DNA of 64,000 nucleotides from Cyanidioschyzon merolae. Lineage: Eukaryota. Position 1 is the stretch's first letter. Every line of letters begins with the position of its first letter. Both the position numbers and the translations under genes were made by a program. Shown here in pieces: positions 11,206 to 22,050 of this stretch. The DNA is taken from the NCBI GenBank assembly GCA_000091205.1, contig AP006487.2. One strand, given 5' to 3'. A model generated the notes under the pieces. The model had not been told where the DNA came from, searched no databases, and saw only the letters and a list, made by a program, of their open reading frames with translations.

Positions 11206-11374
11206 ACGCGATTCCAATCATTTTACGGATGGCGCTCGTCGATCGCGTGCTCTGCAGTATCCCTTTCGAGTGTGCAGGTCCCGTCCTTTGCATTCTGCCG
11301 GCAACTAACGACTTTCGATCGACTCGCTGGATCATGTTTCGTTCCCCCCCGGAGTGTACATGTCTGACCAACCC

Positions 11375-12457
11375 TCAGTACTTGTAGTCCTTCACATACA
11401 GCGATTCCTGGCTGGCACCGTCGGCGTCCACGAGTTTCCCGAGTTGCGCCTGGCCGTTCGCTCGACAACGTTTCAGAAACGCCTCCTGTGCTGCCGCCAC
11501 ATTCGCCGGATTGCCACTCCAGGCCTTGAGGCAGGACTGCTGCAACGCGCGTCCGTAGCTGAAGCTCAGCGCCCATGGTCTCGAGACGTTCTTCACATTG
11601 TTGATGGCGGCGAGGTTTTGCGTTGCTTCGATTTCACTCTGGCCGCCGGATAGAAACACGATTCCTGGCACCGCCGGAGGTACCGTGCGCGATAGCGTAC
11701 GTACCGTGTAAAAGGCGATCTCAGCGGGTGTCGCTGCGGGTTTGTGCTCTGCTCCTGGCGTCGTCATGGCTGGCTTTAGGAGCGTTCCCTCCAGAAGCAG
11801 ATTCTGGTCTTGGATGGCTTTGTAGACTGCTGCCAGCACCCGCTCCTGTGCGGCCGCCGCCTGCTCGATCGTATGCGACCCATCCATGAGGACTTCGGGC
11901 TCGATGATCGGCACCAGACCTGCCATCTGTGAAATAGCACCGTAGCGTGCAAGCGTGTGCGCATTCTCCGTGATCGCCTGCTGTGACGGGCAACCTGTGG
12001 CGGGATCGATCTTCAAGACCGCACGCCACTTGGCGAACCTCGCACCCGCCTCGTAATATTTCTTAGACCGCTCCAACAGACCATCAAGGCCAAGTGTTGC
12101 GGTCTCGCCGTCGGTTCCTGGTAGCGGCGTGGTGCCCTTGTCGGTTTTGATGCCAACGATGATCCCTTTCTCTCGCAGTAGGTCACAGAGCTGTTTCTTC
12201 CCGTCGGTCGTTTTCGCGAAAAGAGTTTCCTCGAATGTGATGACACCACTGATGAACTCCTCAATACCTGGAGTGCTGAAGAGAAGCTCTCGATACGCAG
12301 TCCGGTTCGCTTCGTTGTTCTCCACCTGGATGCTGCTGAAGCGTTTCCCAATGGTGCCAGTGCTTTCGTCGGCAGCCAGGATGCCTTTCCCGGGCGTTAC
12401 GATTTTTTTCGCTGTTTCAATCAGCTCTGCAGCGTAAGGTGACCAGTGTTCCGGCAT
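11375..12457 (-). CDS. FBA: Fructose-bisphosphate aldolase, class I
   Basis: 360-aa ORF: ...[18 protein letters not shown]...IVGIKTDKG...LKPAMTTPG...[21 protein letters not shown]... shows the canonical class-I aldolase Schiff-base region and full-length collinearity. Confidence 0.9.
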   Translation of the reverse strand: MPEHWSPYAAELIETAKKIVTPGKGILAADESTGTIGKRFSSIQVENNEANRTAYRELLFSTPGIEEFISGVITFEETLFAKTTDGKKQLCDLLREKGIIVGIKTDKGTTPLPGTDGETATLGLDGLLERSKKYYEAGARFAKWRAVLKIDPATGCPSQQAITENAHTLARYGAISQMAGLVPIIEPEVLMDGSHTIEQAAAAQERVLAAVYKAIQDQNLLLEGTLLKPAMTTPGAEHKPAATPAEIAFYTVRTLSRTVPPAVPGIVFLSGGQSEIEATQNLAAINNVKNVSRPWALSFSYGRALQQSCLKAWSGNPANVAAAQEAFLKRCRANGQAQLGKLVDADGASQESLYVKDYKY

Positions 12458-12750
12458 TGCGTATTCTTGCTTGGGTCGTGCTCAGTAGGCAAGAAAACAC
12501 GACGTTGTCCTCGTCCTTGTCGTCGTCACAACCGTACGCTGTATATCGCAGGAATTCGACACGAGTCCGCGATTACGCGTGTGGAGCGCACGGCGCCGTT
12601 GCGTCGTCGCAATCCATCACTGCGCTTCGTCGATCGACGCCTCGCGAGGAGAGCAGCGGCCTGGAGCGCGTCTCGTGACAAGCGTGACAGCGTGCGGTGC
12701 CTGCATGATCGCGCGCGCGCCTCCTGTCGCCTGATCTGATCGGGCACCTC

Positions 12751-12956
12751 GATGGTTCCATTGATGGATGTGGATGCGAGTTGCACCTCAACATGCGTGT
12801 CCGTATTTCTCCGTGCGTGCTTGCCGATGATTCCATTGATGTATGTGGATGCGAGTTGCACCTAAACATGCGTGTCCGTATTTCTCCGTGTGTGCTTGCC
12901 GATGATTCCATTGATGTATGTGGATGCGAGTTGCACCTAAACATGCGTGTCCGTAT
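12751..12956. repeat. 75-bp tandem repeat, about 2.8 copies, 290-500 bp upstream of the aldolase start
   Basis: Unit GATGATTCCATTGATGTATGTGGATGCGAGTTGCACCTAAACATGCGTGTCCGTATTTCTCCGTGTGTGCTTGCC at 12751, 12826 and 12901 (third copy truncated). Flanked on both sides by (N)GATC pentamer runs containing GATCTGATCG (12733-12745 and 12972-12988). Confidence 0.85.
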
Positions 12957-14021
12957 GGATCCGTACCTGTAGGATCGGATCTGATCGCCTCTCTGCTGCC
13001 ATCGACCGCGCGTCCATGCTCGGCGGAGGCTCGATACCGCGCCAAGCCCCGATCAACATTCCAAGAGCTCTAGTCCCAATTTCTAGGTATAGCAGAAAGG
13101 CATCAATACAAGCGAGTTTACGTTGCCTATCGACGGGAAGAAGCCTGTTTCGCGGAGCAGCCGCGCGTCTAGCGAAAAACATGGAAAATCTTCCCCTGCG
13201 GCCGGAAAACTACGGTGCACTGCCTGTGACTGGTTGTAGACCGATCCGAATCGGTGGCATTTTTGACGACTACGCTTCTTGAACGATTCCAGGTATGGAG
13301 GTTCTGCGCTTCCCACACGCCCTCCAGGCGCAATGCGACTCTGGACGCTTCTCTCTTCGCGCGCACGGGCCAAAGTGCACGGGCACTCGAATTCGCGGGA
13401 GTGAAGCACGCAAGCGCGCGACCGCTTCGCCCTATTGCAAGTGGCTGAGAAGCTCGCAGACGCGAGGCAACCTTTAGACGGTCATGCATAGCCTAGGGTG
13501 ATCGATACCGTACCGATGCGAGCGCAGAAAAAAATACACAACGGCCCGTGCCAATTCCCGGCGGGTGTCGCGACCAACAAGTCTCGCACGCTCCGCGTCG
13601 CTTCGTAGGGTCACGCATCCGTACCTGACCACAGCATGTACAGGGATTCCGCGCACGGCACGCATCCTCGAACTAGATGGTGACAGGCAGCTAAGCGTAG
13701 CTGTTTGGTAACCACGCATTCCGAGTTTCGCCACCGGGAACACCCACCGGCACTTGAAACCAAGGCACGAGTCGCAAACCCGAACGATGGTGCCTTTTCC
13801 CAAGACCGATTGCGTTACTTGCTGAGCGCGTACCGTCTAGCGCGCTTCATACGCGTGCTCAACCAGTAGACTGCAGTCGATGCTGCATGCAGAGAATGGG
13901 CAGCAGCGGCCGCAACGGCGCTGAAGAACGCGAGGTCGCGACCTGTGCAGCGTCGCACCGCGGGCCACGACTCGCGAGATAACGAAGCACCGAGCAACAC
14001 CACGTCCTCGTGTACGGCTGC

Positions 14022-16670
14022 TTAGACTTGCGCTGGCGGAACCGGTTGCTGCTGCTGTTGTTGTTGTTGTTGCGTCAAATGCCCCAAGATATCACGTAAA
14101 TAGCGGAGTCGCTTGACCAATTCGGGACAGTTGGGAATCGCATGAAGCCGAAGTTGGATACGTCGCCCGAGTTTGTCGCGGTACGTCACAATACCGTGGC
14201 CTGCCGACAACACCAGCTGTGTTGTGTCGAAAAAGTCGACCTGAATCACACGGTTGCTCAGCCGAAAGATCATTGCATGGCGCGTTCGCATCCAGCGCTT
14301 GAGGTAAATCGGCCGCTGGACTGCAGCAGCAGCACCTGCGCTACCCGGAACGGTACCCTGCGCCACTGGCGGCTCCTGGCCAGGCGGCTGGTGTTCATCC
14401 AGGTGTTGGCGGAAATGCCGCAGTAACGTTACCTTCTTACGCAGGCTCTCTCGATGGTCATTCCAGGTGAAAATCTGCCAGTCGTCGTAGCTTCCAAACG
14501 CCAAGCGTTTTCGCTCCACATACTCGATCGCACTGGCATCGCCGCCCGCATGCAGCATGATTTTGGTTGCATCGTTGAAATAAACCCCGTAATCACCATT
14601 CGAAAGCTGATACCCAACACCGTACTTGGAGGTGTAATCCACCCATTTGCAGATCCAGACTTCGGGTGGCGTGGTCTTGCAGTCGGCTGGCAGGTCGCCC
14701 ATATGAACGGTGCGCGTCGGATCCGCAATCTGGAACGGCGACGCGAGCACACCGCCTCCGCAGGCACCTCGCTGGTCACCCGCTTGCGCGCAGGCAGCGC
14801 TCGAGGCACTACTTCGAGACTGAGCCCCAGAGCGCGCTCCAGGGGGTCCCAGTACCTCCGATGGCGATGCACTGCGAGCAGCCGAGGTCGGGATCATGGC
14901 CTCTGGCGGCAAGCGTGCAAAGCTCGTGGCTAGTTCGTGCTGGGCGCGTCTGAGCATGCCCCGCTCCTCCTCATCCATATCGGCTGCGTCCCAGTGGCCG
15001 CCAGCATCGTTTCCCGCTGCCGCAATGATCTGTCGATCGTGCCGACTGGCGCTCTCGCATGCGGGCGGAGGCATTGCACACGCACGCGCGCCGCTCATCG
15101 GGGTCAGGTTGGCGCTGCCGTCCGTGTGCATGCGTTCGGCAGTGGTGTGTGCTGGCGCTTCTGCGGTACCAAGCTCCATACGCTCCAGCAGGTGCACGAC
15201 ACCAAGGGCATTCCCAGGCGCTGAACCTGCATGCGGCTTCTCCAGTGCTGCGACCGGCCCGGTGCCTGTATGCTTCTTCGTGAACGGATTTCGCGGAAAG
15301 GTTCCCTTTTGAGTGATGCCCTGTACCGCAGGGAGGTTTCTCTCTCGTGCAGAGGTACTTGAGCAAGCCTGTTGTTGCACGCTCTGAGCCGCACTGGGAA
15401 ACCGGGGGCCCGTCGCGCCATCCGCGCTGTCATGATACCGCATACCAGCTGCTTGGACGGCCCCAGACGCGAAATCGAGACCTATTTCTGCGAGTGTTGG
15501 TTCCTCATCGAGCGCCTTGCGCGGCAAGCAACGGGGCACAGGGCCTTGCATGAACTCGCTGCACCAGATATCAGAGAGCTGGGGCCGGCCCTCTGGCGCT
15601 GCATTCAGGATGGACACAATGAGATCACGAGCGGGGCGGCTAATCTGTACCTGCGAAGGGAACGTATAGATGTTGGCCTTGATCCGTTTGTAGGTTGTCT
15701 TCACATCCGCGGTCTCGAATGGCGGCTTGCCAATCAACATGGTGTAGAGAACGACCCCGAGACTCCAGATATCAACCTCGTAACTGTGTCCGTTCTTGCC
15801 GCACAGGATCTCCGGTGCGATGTAGTTCGGGGTGCCGCACATGGTCCGCTTGCGCTCATTATCGTACTCGAGCTTTGCCGCGAGGCCGAAATCTCCAATT
15901 TTGATCTGCAAATCGCTGGTCAAGAATAGGTTCCCGAGTTTAATATCGCGGTGGATGACGCGATTGCGATGCATGTACTCCACCGCCTCCAGGATTTGCA
16001 TCATAAAGTAGCGGCACTCGGGTTCCGTCAGACGTTTGCGTCGTTTCAAAAGTTCCATCATGCTCTGTGCGTCGCACAGCTCGAGTAAAATGTAGACGTG
16101 ATCCTCGTCCTCGAAAAAGTGCTCGAAGCGCACAATATGCGGATGTCGCAACGATCCATGGATTTGGATCTCGCTCCGAAGTTTCTGGCGAGCTCGCAGC
16201 TTCGTCACGGTGCTCTTGTCAATAATTTTTCCAGCGTAGACGCGCTGCGTGCGCGCATCCGTCATTTCGTAGCATTTCGCAAAGCCGCCTTTGCCGAGGA
16301 AACGGCCGCGAATATACGTTGCCACAACCGGCCCGAGAATGTAGCCACTGCCGTCGCTTTGCTCCGTGTTGGAGGTGTCCAGATTCTCCTCAGTGCGCTC
16401 ATTTCCAGCAGCTCGCTTCCGAATGCGCTGTCGCTCTTCAATGATCGCAAAAGCCTGACGCTCAGCTGCGCCGCGACCCGCACCAGGCGAAGCAGCAGCG
16501 GCACTCGAACCCGTGGGAGAGTCGACCACTGCCCTCACCCGCCCGGAACCAGCTTCAGGCCCAGTGCGACCACCGCGCTGGGATGTCGGTGTGCTGCCTG
16601 TGGTAGCTCCAGCGTTAGCGCCACTGCCACCGCCGCCGCCACCTGTTCGGAGGCCCAAGAAAGCCATCAA
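14022..16670 (-). CDS. PLK: Polo-like kinase (Ser/Thr kinase domain plus two polo boxes), G/S/A-rich N-terminal extension, C-terminal poly-Q
   Basis: Kinase domain: FLGKGGFAKCYEMTD...HRDIKLGNLFL...IGDFGLAAKLEYDNERKRTMCGTPNYIAPE. Polo box 1: WICKWVDYTSKYGVGYQLSNGDYGVYFNDATKIM. Polo box 2: IFRLSNRVIQVDFFDTTQLVLSAGHGIVTYRDKLGRR. Confidence 0.9.
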   Translation of the reverse strand: MMAFLGLRTGGGGGGSGANAGATTGSTPTSQRGGRTGPEAGSGRVRAVVDSPTGSSAAAASPGAGRGAAERQAFAIIEERQRIRKRAAGNERTEENLDTSNTEQSDGSGYILGPVVATYIRGRFLGKGGFAKCYEMTDARTQRVYAGKIIDKSTVTKLRARQKLRSEIQIHGSLRHPHIVRFEHFFEDEDHVYILLELCDAQSMMELLKRRKRLTEPECRYFMMQILEAVEYMHRNRVIHRDIKLGNLFLTSDLQIKIGDFGLAAKLEYDNERKRTMCGTPNYIAPEILCGKNGHSYEVDIWSLGVVLYTMLIGKPPFETADVKTTYKRIKANIYTFPSQVQISRPARDLIVSILNAAPEGRPQLSDIWCSEFMQGPVPRCLPRKALDEEPTLAEIGLDFASGAVQAAGMRYHDSADGATGPRFPSAAQSVQQQACSSTSARERNLPAVQGITQKGTFPRNPFTKKHTGTGPVAALEKPHAGSAPGNALGVVHLLERMELGTAEAPAHTTAERMHTDGSANLTPMSGARACAMPPPACESASRHDRQIIAAAGNDAGGHWDAADMDEEERGMLRRAQHELATSFARLPPEAMIPTSAARSASPSEVLGPPGARSGAQSRSSASSAACAQAGDQRGACGGGVLASPFQIADPTRTVHMGDLPADCKTTPPEVWICKWVDYTSKYGVGYQLSNGDYGVYFNDATKIMLHAGGDASAIEYVERKRLAFGSYDDWQIFTWNDHRESLRKKVTLLRHFRQHLDEHQPPGQEPPVAQGTVPGSAGAAAAVQRPIYLKRWMRTRHAMIFRLSNRVIQVDFFDTTQLVLSAGHGIVTYRDKLGRRIQLRLHAIPNCPELVKRLRYLRDILGHLTQQQQQQQQQPVPPAQV
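14046..14073. repeat. (CAA/CAG)n microsatellite (minus-strand sense) encoding the C-terminal poly-Q of PLK
   Basis: gttgctgctgctgttgttgttgttgttg on the + strand. Confidence 0.85.
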
Positions 16671-17509
16671 GCTCGTTTGAAAGTACGCCGGAGGTCAAAT
16701 ATTCGGCTAAAAAGAAGGAACACCAAACGTTTGTGTCGCGTCCGAGACCCTTGGACGATTCGATGTATGTTCTTCGTTGGAGTCACTCGTATTCAGAAAC
16801 TGTTCGGAAGGCAAGCGCCGTCTAGTGAGCAAATACGCTGCGTACGCTTGCGTCTAGTACTCCAAGTCTGACGCAGCGAGCACCGGATGCAACGTCCTGA
16901 AACGGCTCCCGCGACGCACCCAGAGATCCGCGCATGCGATCGCCTCATCGCCCGCCTCGGGCGCGACGCAATCGTGCAACGCTCGGTGCGTCACGCGCGC
17001 ACAGCCAGCGCACCCATCCCTGATTTCGTTTCGCAGCAGGAAGCGGATGCATACGTGGCGGCGATGCTGCAGCAGGCGTTGCAGGAGCTGTACGTTGAAA
17101 ATATGGACATAAACGGACGGAGCAGATCGAAGCTGAATTAGGGATGAAGCCTTACATCCATACACATCTCTTTACTTCATTGGAAAGCGATGCACATCCT
17201 GTGTGCCTCCGGTCATCAACGCCTGCTTCACGAAACGGATGATTCGGACGGACGGGCGATGACGCTGCCACGAACGCTCTTGGATTTTGGGTACTTGAAT
17301 CCGCAGGTATCCTGTGTGGCTTGTTTCGTTCTTGCATGGATGCAGTGGCCTTCCTTGTTGCGGGCGCTTGCGCTTTTATGTAAAGAGCTACAAGCACGGT
17401 CGTCACTGTAGGGCTGGCGGGTCCTGAGTCACCGATTCAACCGTTTCTGGAACTGGTCCAGCGGCCTGACAAACCGCACCCGGAAACTTGCTCCACAGGA
17501 CTTGCACCT

Positions 17510-17538
17510 GGTCGGTCGGTCGGTCGGTCGGTCGGTCG
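17510..17538. repeat. (GGTC)7 tetranucleotide microsatellite in the divergent PLK/transporter promoter region
   Basis: ggtcggtcggtcggtcggtcggtcggtcg. Confidence 0.9.
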
Positions 17539-17610
17539 ACAGCGGTGCCTACACGTTACGCCAAACACGCGCGATATCCCTGGCGCGAGCTCGTTCAATA
17601 GATTGTCGCG

Positions 17611-18837
17611 ATGGTACTGAGCGGTTTCACGCGGTTCCGCTCGCAGCTTGTTCTGGGAGTGCTATGCATCGCTTGGTTCTGCTGCAGCGCGCTAATCATT
17701 CTATGGACAAAGTATCTGCTTTCAGGGGGTGCTATCGTGCCTGCCACTCGTGATCAGCGCCCGCTTTTCCCCTTTCCCTTGTTGATAACGCTGTCGAACA
17801 ACACTGGTTGTGCACTGATTGGCGCGGGGCTTGTTCTGGGGAGCTGGCTGCGTAGCAACCTGCACCGCGGCGAGCCTGTGCCATGGTCGCCACCGGTTCG
17901 ATGGCCGACGGGCCCACGTTGGTGGCGGTTTCTCGTGGCAATTGGCGCGTGTACCGCGCTGGAAATAGGCTGCGCCAACTGGTCCCTGCAGAAGCTCACG
18001 GTAGCCTTCAGCACGCTGCTCAAGTGCACCGCACCTTTATTTGTGCTTTTCTGGTCGATTTTGCTCGGCATCGAATTGTTCAGCTGGGTAACTCTCGGAT
18101 CGCTTTTCCTGATGTGCATGGGTGCAGCGCTCATGACAACTGGAGACTCGCTGCAATTCTCAATAGTCGGGGCTACGGTTTTGTTGGCAGGAATCGCATT
18201 AGGTGGATTTCGCTGGGCGCTAAGCCAGGTGATTCTGCAGAGAACTGTACGTGATGGTTCTGCGGACCCAGCGACGAAGACGGCTCAACAGACACGAGTC
18301 GACAAAAGATTGACGCCTTTGGAAGCAGTCGTCCTTCTGGCACCTGTAACGGCGTTTTTTCTGGCACCGGCTGTCTATTTGTTGGAGCTGCGTCCGCTCT
18401 GGGAGTCGCTTCGAGGTCCATCGCGAGAGACGAGCGAGATCTTGGCGATTTTCGGCTCCCTTGCTGGTATCGCTGGTCTCGTTTTTGTACTCTTATGGCT
18501 CGAGTATGCGATTGTCCAGCGAACCTCTTCGCTGGCAATCTCCGTAGTGAGCATCATGAAGGAATTGCTCACGATTCTTGCGGGGATGGTGACGTTCGGG
18601 GACCATGTCGGATGGCGAAGTTTTCTGGGTCTGGCGCTTTCGCAGGGCGGATTCCTGGCTTTTCTGCGACACCGGCAGGGCTGGCTCCAGCGAACCCCGG
18701 ATACAGATGCACCCAGCGAGAACAGCTCTGTCTCGCAACTGGTGCCGACGCAGCCCAGAGATCACCTGGCGCCGTCGGAAGTCATCGAAGCCTCCGATGA
18801 ACCACACGCCGTTTTGCTGGATGTGTCGATGCCCTGA
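17611..18837 (+). CDS. Multi-pass membrane transporter of the DMT superfamily, triose-phosphate/nucleotide-sugar transporter (TPT) family-like
   Basis: 408-aa ORF with about 8-10 hydrophobic segments; FSTLLKCTAPLFVLFWSILLG resembles the TPT KxxxP signature. Family-level call only. Confidence 0.55.
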   Translation: MVLSGFTRFRSQLVLGVLCIAWFCCSALIILWTKYLLSGGAIVPATRDQRPLFPFPLLITLSNNTGCALIGAGLVLGSWLRSNLHRGEPVPWSPPVRWPTGPRWWRFLVAIGACTALEIGCANWSLQKLTVAFSTLLKCTAPLFVLFWSILLGIELFSWVTLGSLFLMCMGAALMTTGDSLQFSIVGATVLLAGIALGGFRWALSQVILQRTVRDGSADPATKTAQQTRVDKRLTPLEAVVLLAPVTAFFLAPAVYLLELRPLWESLRGPSRETSEILAIFGSLAGIAGLVFVLLWLEYAIVQRTSSLAISVVSIMKELLTILAGMVTFGDHVGWRSFLGLALSQGGFLAFLRHRQGWLQRTPDTDAPSENSSVSQLVPTQPRDHLAPSEVIEASDEPHAVLLDVSMP

Positions 18838-21800
18838 TGAGTTTGCGTCTACTCATGACGGTTTCTCTGTATGAGATGCTGTTGGTCCGGCGGCTTCCAT
18901 TGCTAGAGCAATGACAGCCTCGAAAACAAGCTGTAAAACGCCGGCGATACGAGGTTTCACTGATTGGCAGGTTGTTCGTGATCATCGCGCACCGGACGCG
19001 GGGATTGGTTGACGACGTTGAGGATACCTTAGTGTCTGTGCGGAGGCATTATTCTGTCAGATTGTGCAGCTATGTATTGTGAGAACGATCTGGTCTCGTG
19101 CGTGGCAACAGGGACTTGGTGAAACCAGAACCTCAGCGTGACAACTGAAACAAGTACGCTGGCACATGAACGGTACCATAGACTCCGCGATAGGTCAATG
19201 GGGCGCGCAACGTGATCCAGAGGGGCGTTTGTGGCGCGAACAAGTCGCAGCGCTGCTGGCAAACGCTGCAGGATCGTGTGCTCGCATGCTGACTTTGGAA
19301 GCTTCCTCGGCGATACCGGTAAAGAAAACATCGTATCGTTTATAGCGCTGTTGTCTTCGCCTTATATTCGTTTACGGACTTGCCCTGTGTATGCATTAGG
19401 AGCATCGGCACTGACGACCGAGTTCTTCTGGACATCGTCGGCGTTATACTCAGTCATATCCAACAACGGAACGCGGTTATCGTGCAATAGCTCACAAGAA
19501 TAATCATCGCTGGTGCATATAGATGTATATGGCGCTTCAGATTCCATAACTTGCCGAATCCTATCATATCAATGCGTTATTACTGGCGGGCATCCGATTC
19601 TATCTCATGCTCAATGATCTTATGCATCGGACGTCGTCAGCGTTTCAACACAAAACCCAGATTAAGTACTCGACCATTACTTTGATAGTGCGCTCAGCAG
19701 CAAGCCATTGGACGCTCCGAATCCAAGAGTCACTTCCGGATCGTGATCGAGGAACTCAAGCCTCGATACAGAACGTGCTTCGACGCATGATTGCTGGTGA
19801 AATTGCGCTATCGTACGCTTCTCAACTTCGAGTCGCTCGCTTTCTATCCAACTGTCCGCTTACCGCACAACACCTCGTGCATCCGTCTCTTTTCCGCGTT
19901 CTTACACTCGACGAGTTTCAGCATGTACACACACTCGTGATGCGTTCGTTTCGTCCTGACGGCACCTGTGGTGACTGGACAGCATCTGTCCCAGTACGCG
20001 TTGAGCGCACCCGTCGAATGCGCAGAAATGCAGTATTTGGGTGCCACAGTACGTCCAGAGCCATCGACTAGCACCAAACGATTCGAGGGGTCGCTGAATT
20101 CCCCTTCCAACCCACTGAGTAACTTAGTGAAGGTTGTTTTGTGGCATCCGTGCACCCGGAACCGTTGCTTACCTACCGGGATCTCACATTCTCCCGCGAA
20201 GGATCGTTCGCTTGAGTCATCTAGAAGTTGGTTTACGCTCTGAATGAAGCGTGCAACGCATCGGCATCTGCTCTGGACGGTGTCGAGAGCGTCGAGATGG
20301 ATCGCGAGGCCATTATTATGCCACGTGTTGGTATGTTCGCTGATGCACATGCTTTCGGACTCTTGATTATACCAAGCCCTGAAAATGTCAAACCGAATTC
20401 CATTTTCTCTCTCAACCATCAGTAATCAGGAGCAAGGTTTCATCGAAAATATCGGGAGGCATGAGGGCCGCTAACACCTTCCTATCTCGCATGCCCACTG
20501 AGAATCGCCTGGCGAGGTGCTACCCGGTCAGGGACGCTGGGCTAGCCTTCAGCACGTTACGCGGTTGGCGATATCTAATGATGTCCTGCATTTCACAATT
20601 TTGGAAGATTCCCCTCATTGATGTCTGGTCGTTGTGGGGCCTTTACAACAGCTTTTCCACGGAAATTCCCGATAAGAAAGTTTTTTTCATGCACTACGTC
20701 GTCCTCACGTAAAAAATATCATTTTCTTTACTTCCTGGTGGTTCATTCTTCCACTCCTTGTTCGCCTTGCCATCTACTTGATGGGTTGGCAAGAGTGTGA
20801 TCGCTGCACGCCAAATACGACGCTTTACCAGGGACCCAGACGCACCTGGGGCACTGTCAGACCGAAGCTTTCCTGCTTTCTGCATGTACCTACTATACTT
20901 CAAGAACGTTTTCGTCGCCGTGTCCGTCGCGAGCATGCCCACGAACAGGGATGTGCTCCTTTCCGTATCTCCTCGCGCCCGTCCGGTGAAGCAACTCATC
21001 AGTTCAGGGAAAGCGAAGATAGATGGTGATTTGTCGAAGAACGATGGCACGGATGCAAATTTCCCACATAAACATATTTCAGCGAAAAAATGGCGTTATG
21101 CAACAGTGAACTGCGCCGTTGACTGCGTGGAACAAGGGAGAATCGGCTGACACGAGGAGGACCTCGAACCCATTCTGAGCTGCGTCATCCCTGACCGCTT
21201 TTGATTGATGGAAACCAACGCGCGATAGAGGCAGCACAGAAGCCTGCGCGATGGAGAAGCCACGCACAGCTTCGACGAAGGATGAGGTGTCGGACGATGC
21301 CATCCGTGTTGCGACTTGCAAGCGACCACACCAGAGTATTTCTCGTGATGCTTTTGTTGTCGAAATGCTCGCTTGGTTCTTCTTCACGAACTGTACTTGG
21401 TCCTTTATTCTTTGAGTACCCATAGACAGGTGCACGGTTCTTCCCGAGTACAGTCTCATCGAAGGAGACAAAATCCCGTCGCCTATGCAAGAAGCGTTCC
21501 CCCTCTCTCGTACGAAATCGATCGAGTGCTGTTCAGCGCGCGACGGTCTCATATAGGAGCGCGCCGACCTCTCTGTCGATTTGTGTCATCAATGTCATTC
21601 GTATGAGAGATACAAAAGCTTGGCATCGTGTGGAGTGTTTCGTGCTTTTCCTCAGAGACAGTATGGAGTGGAATGAGCAGTCAAGGATATAGTCCTGAAG
21701 ATACAGCTTAACCGGTTCGGTATACATTGGACAAGGTTCAGATCAACCTCTGAGACAAGGCTGGTTTAATCTCGTGCGGAACTCCTTGAAACTGGCGTGT

Positions 21801-22050
21801 ACATGCAGGGCGGTTTCTCGCAAGCTACCAGCGGCAACATCAAGTCTTCCGAGGATTTTTCTTCATTCTACAGGATACATTTCTTCTGTCGAATGCCTCT
21901 CAGAATAACGAAAGCGGGCATGTGTGGGCGCACATATGCAGCGTTCACTGCCCTGAGTATAGCCAAGCGACTGCGACATCCCATCGAGCTGTCCAGTCAT
22001 GATCTGTGCGTATGGCATGCGTCGTGTCTGGTGCCCTCACGGAACTTCAC

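Noticed and set aside
14142-16504. Numerous ORFs overlapping the polo-like kinase gene on both strands (for example 14142..14426+, 14454..14933+, 14971..15366-, 15372..15929+, 16098..16871+)
   Set aside because: They are nested inside or antisense to a gene with unambiguous kinase and polo-box homology and are products of GC-richness. The same reasoning discards the ORFs nested in the PHD, PIPK, SepSecS, DEAH-helicase and other confirmed genes.
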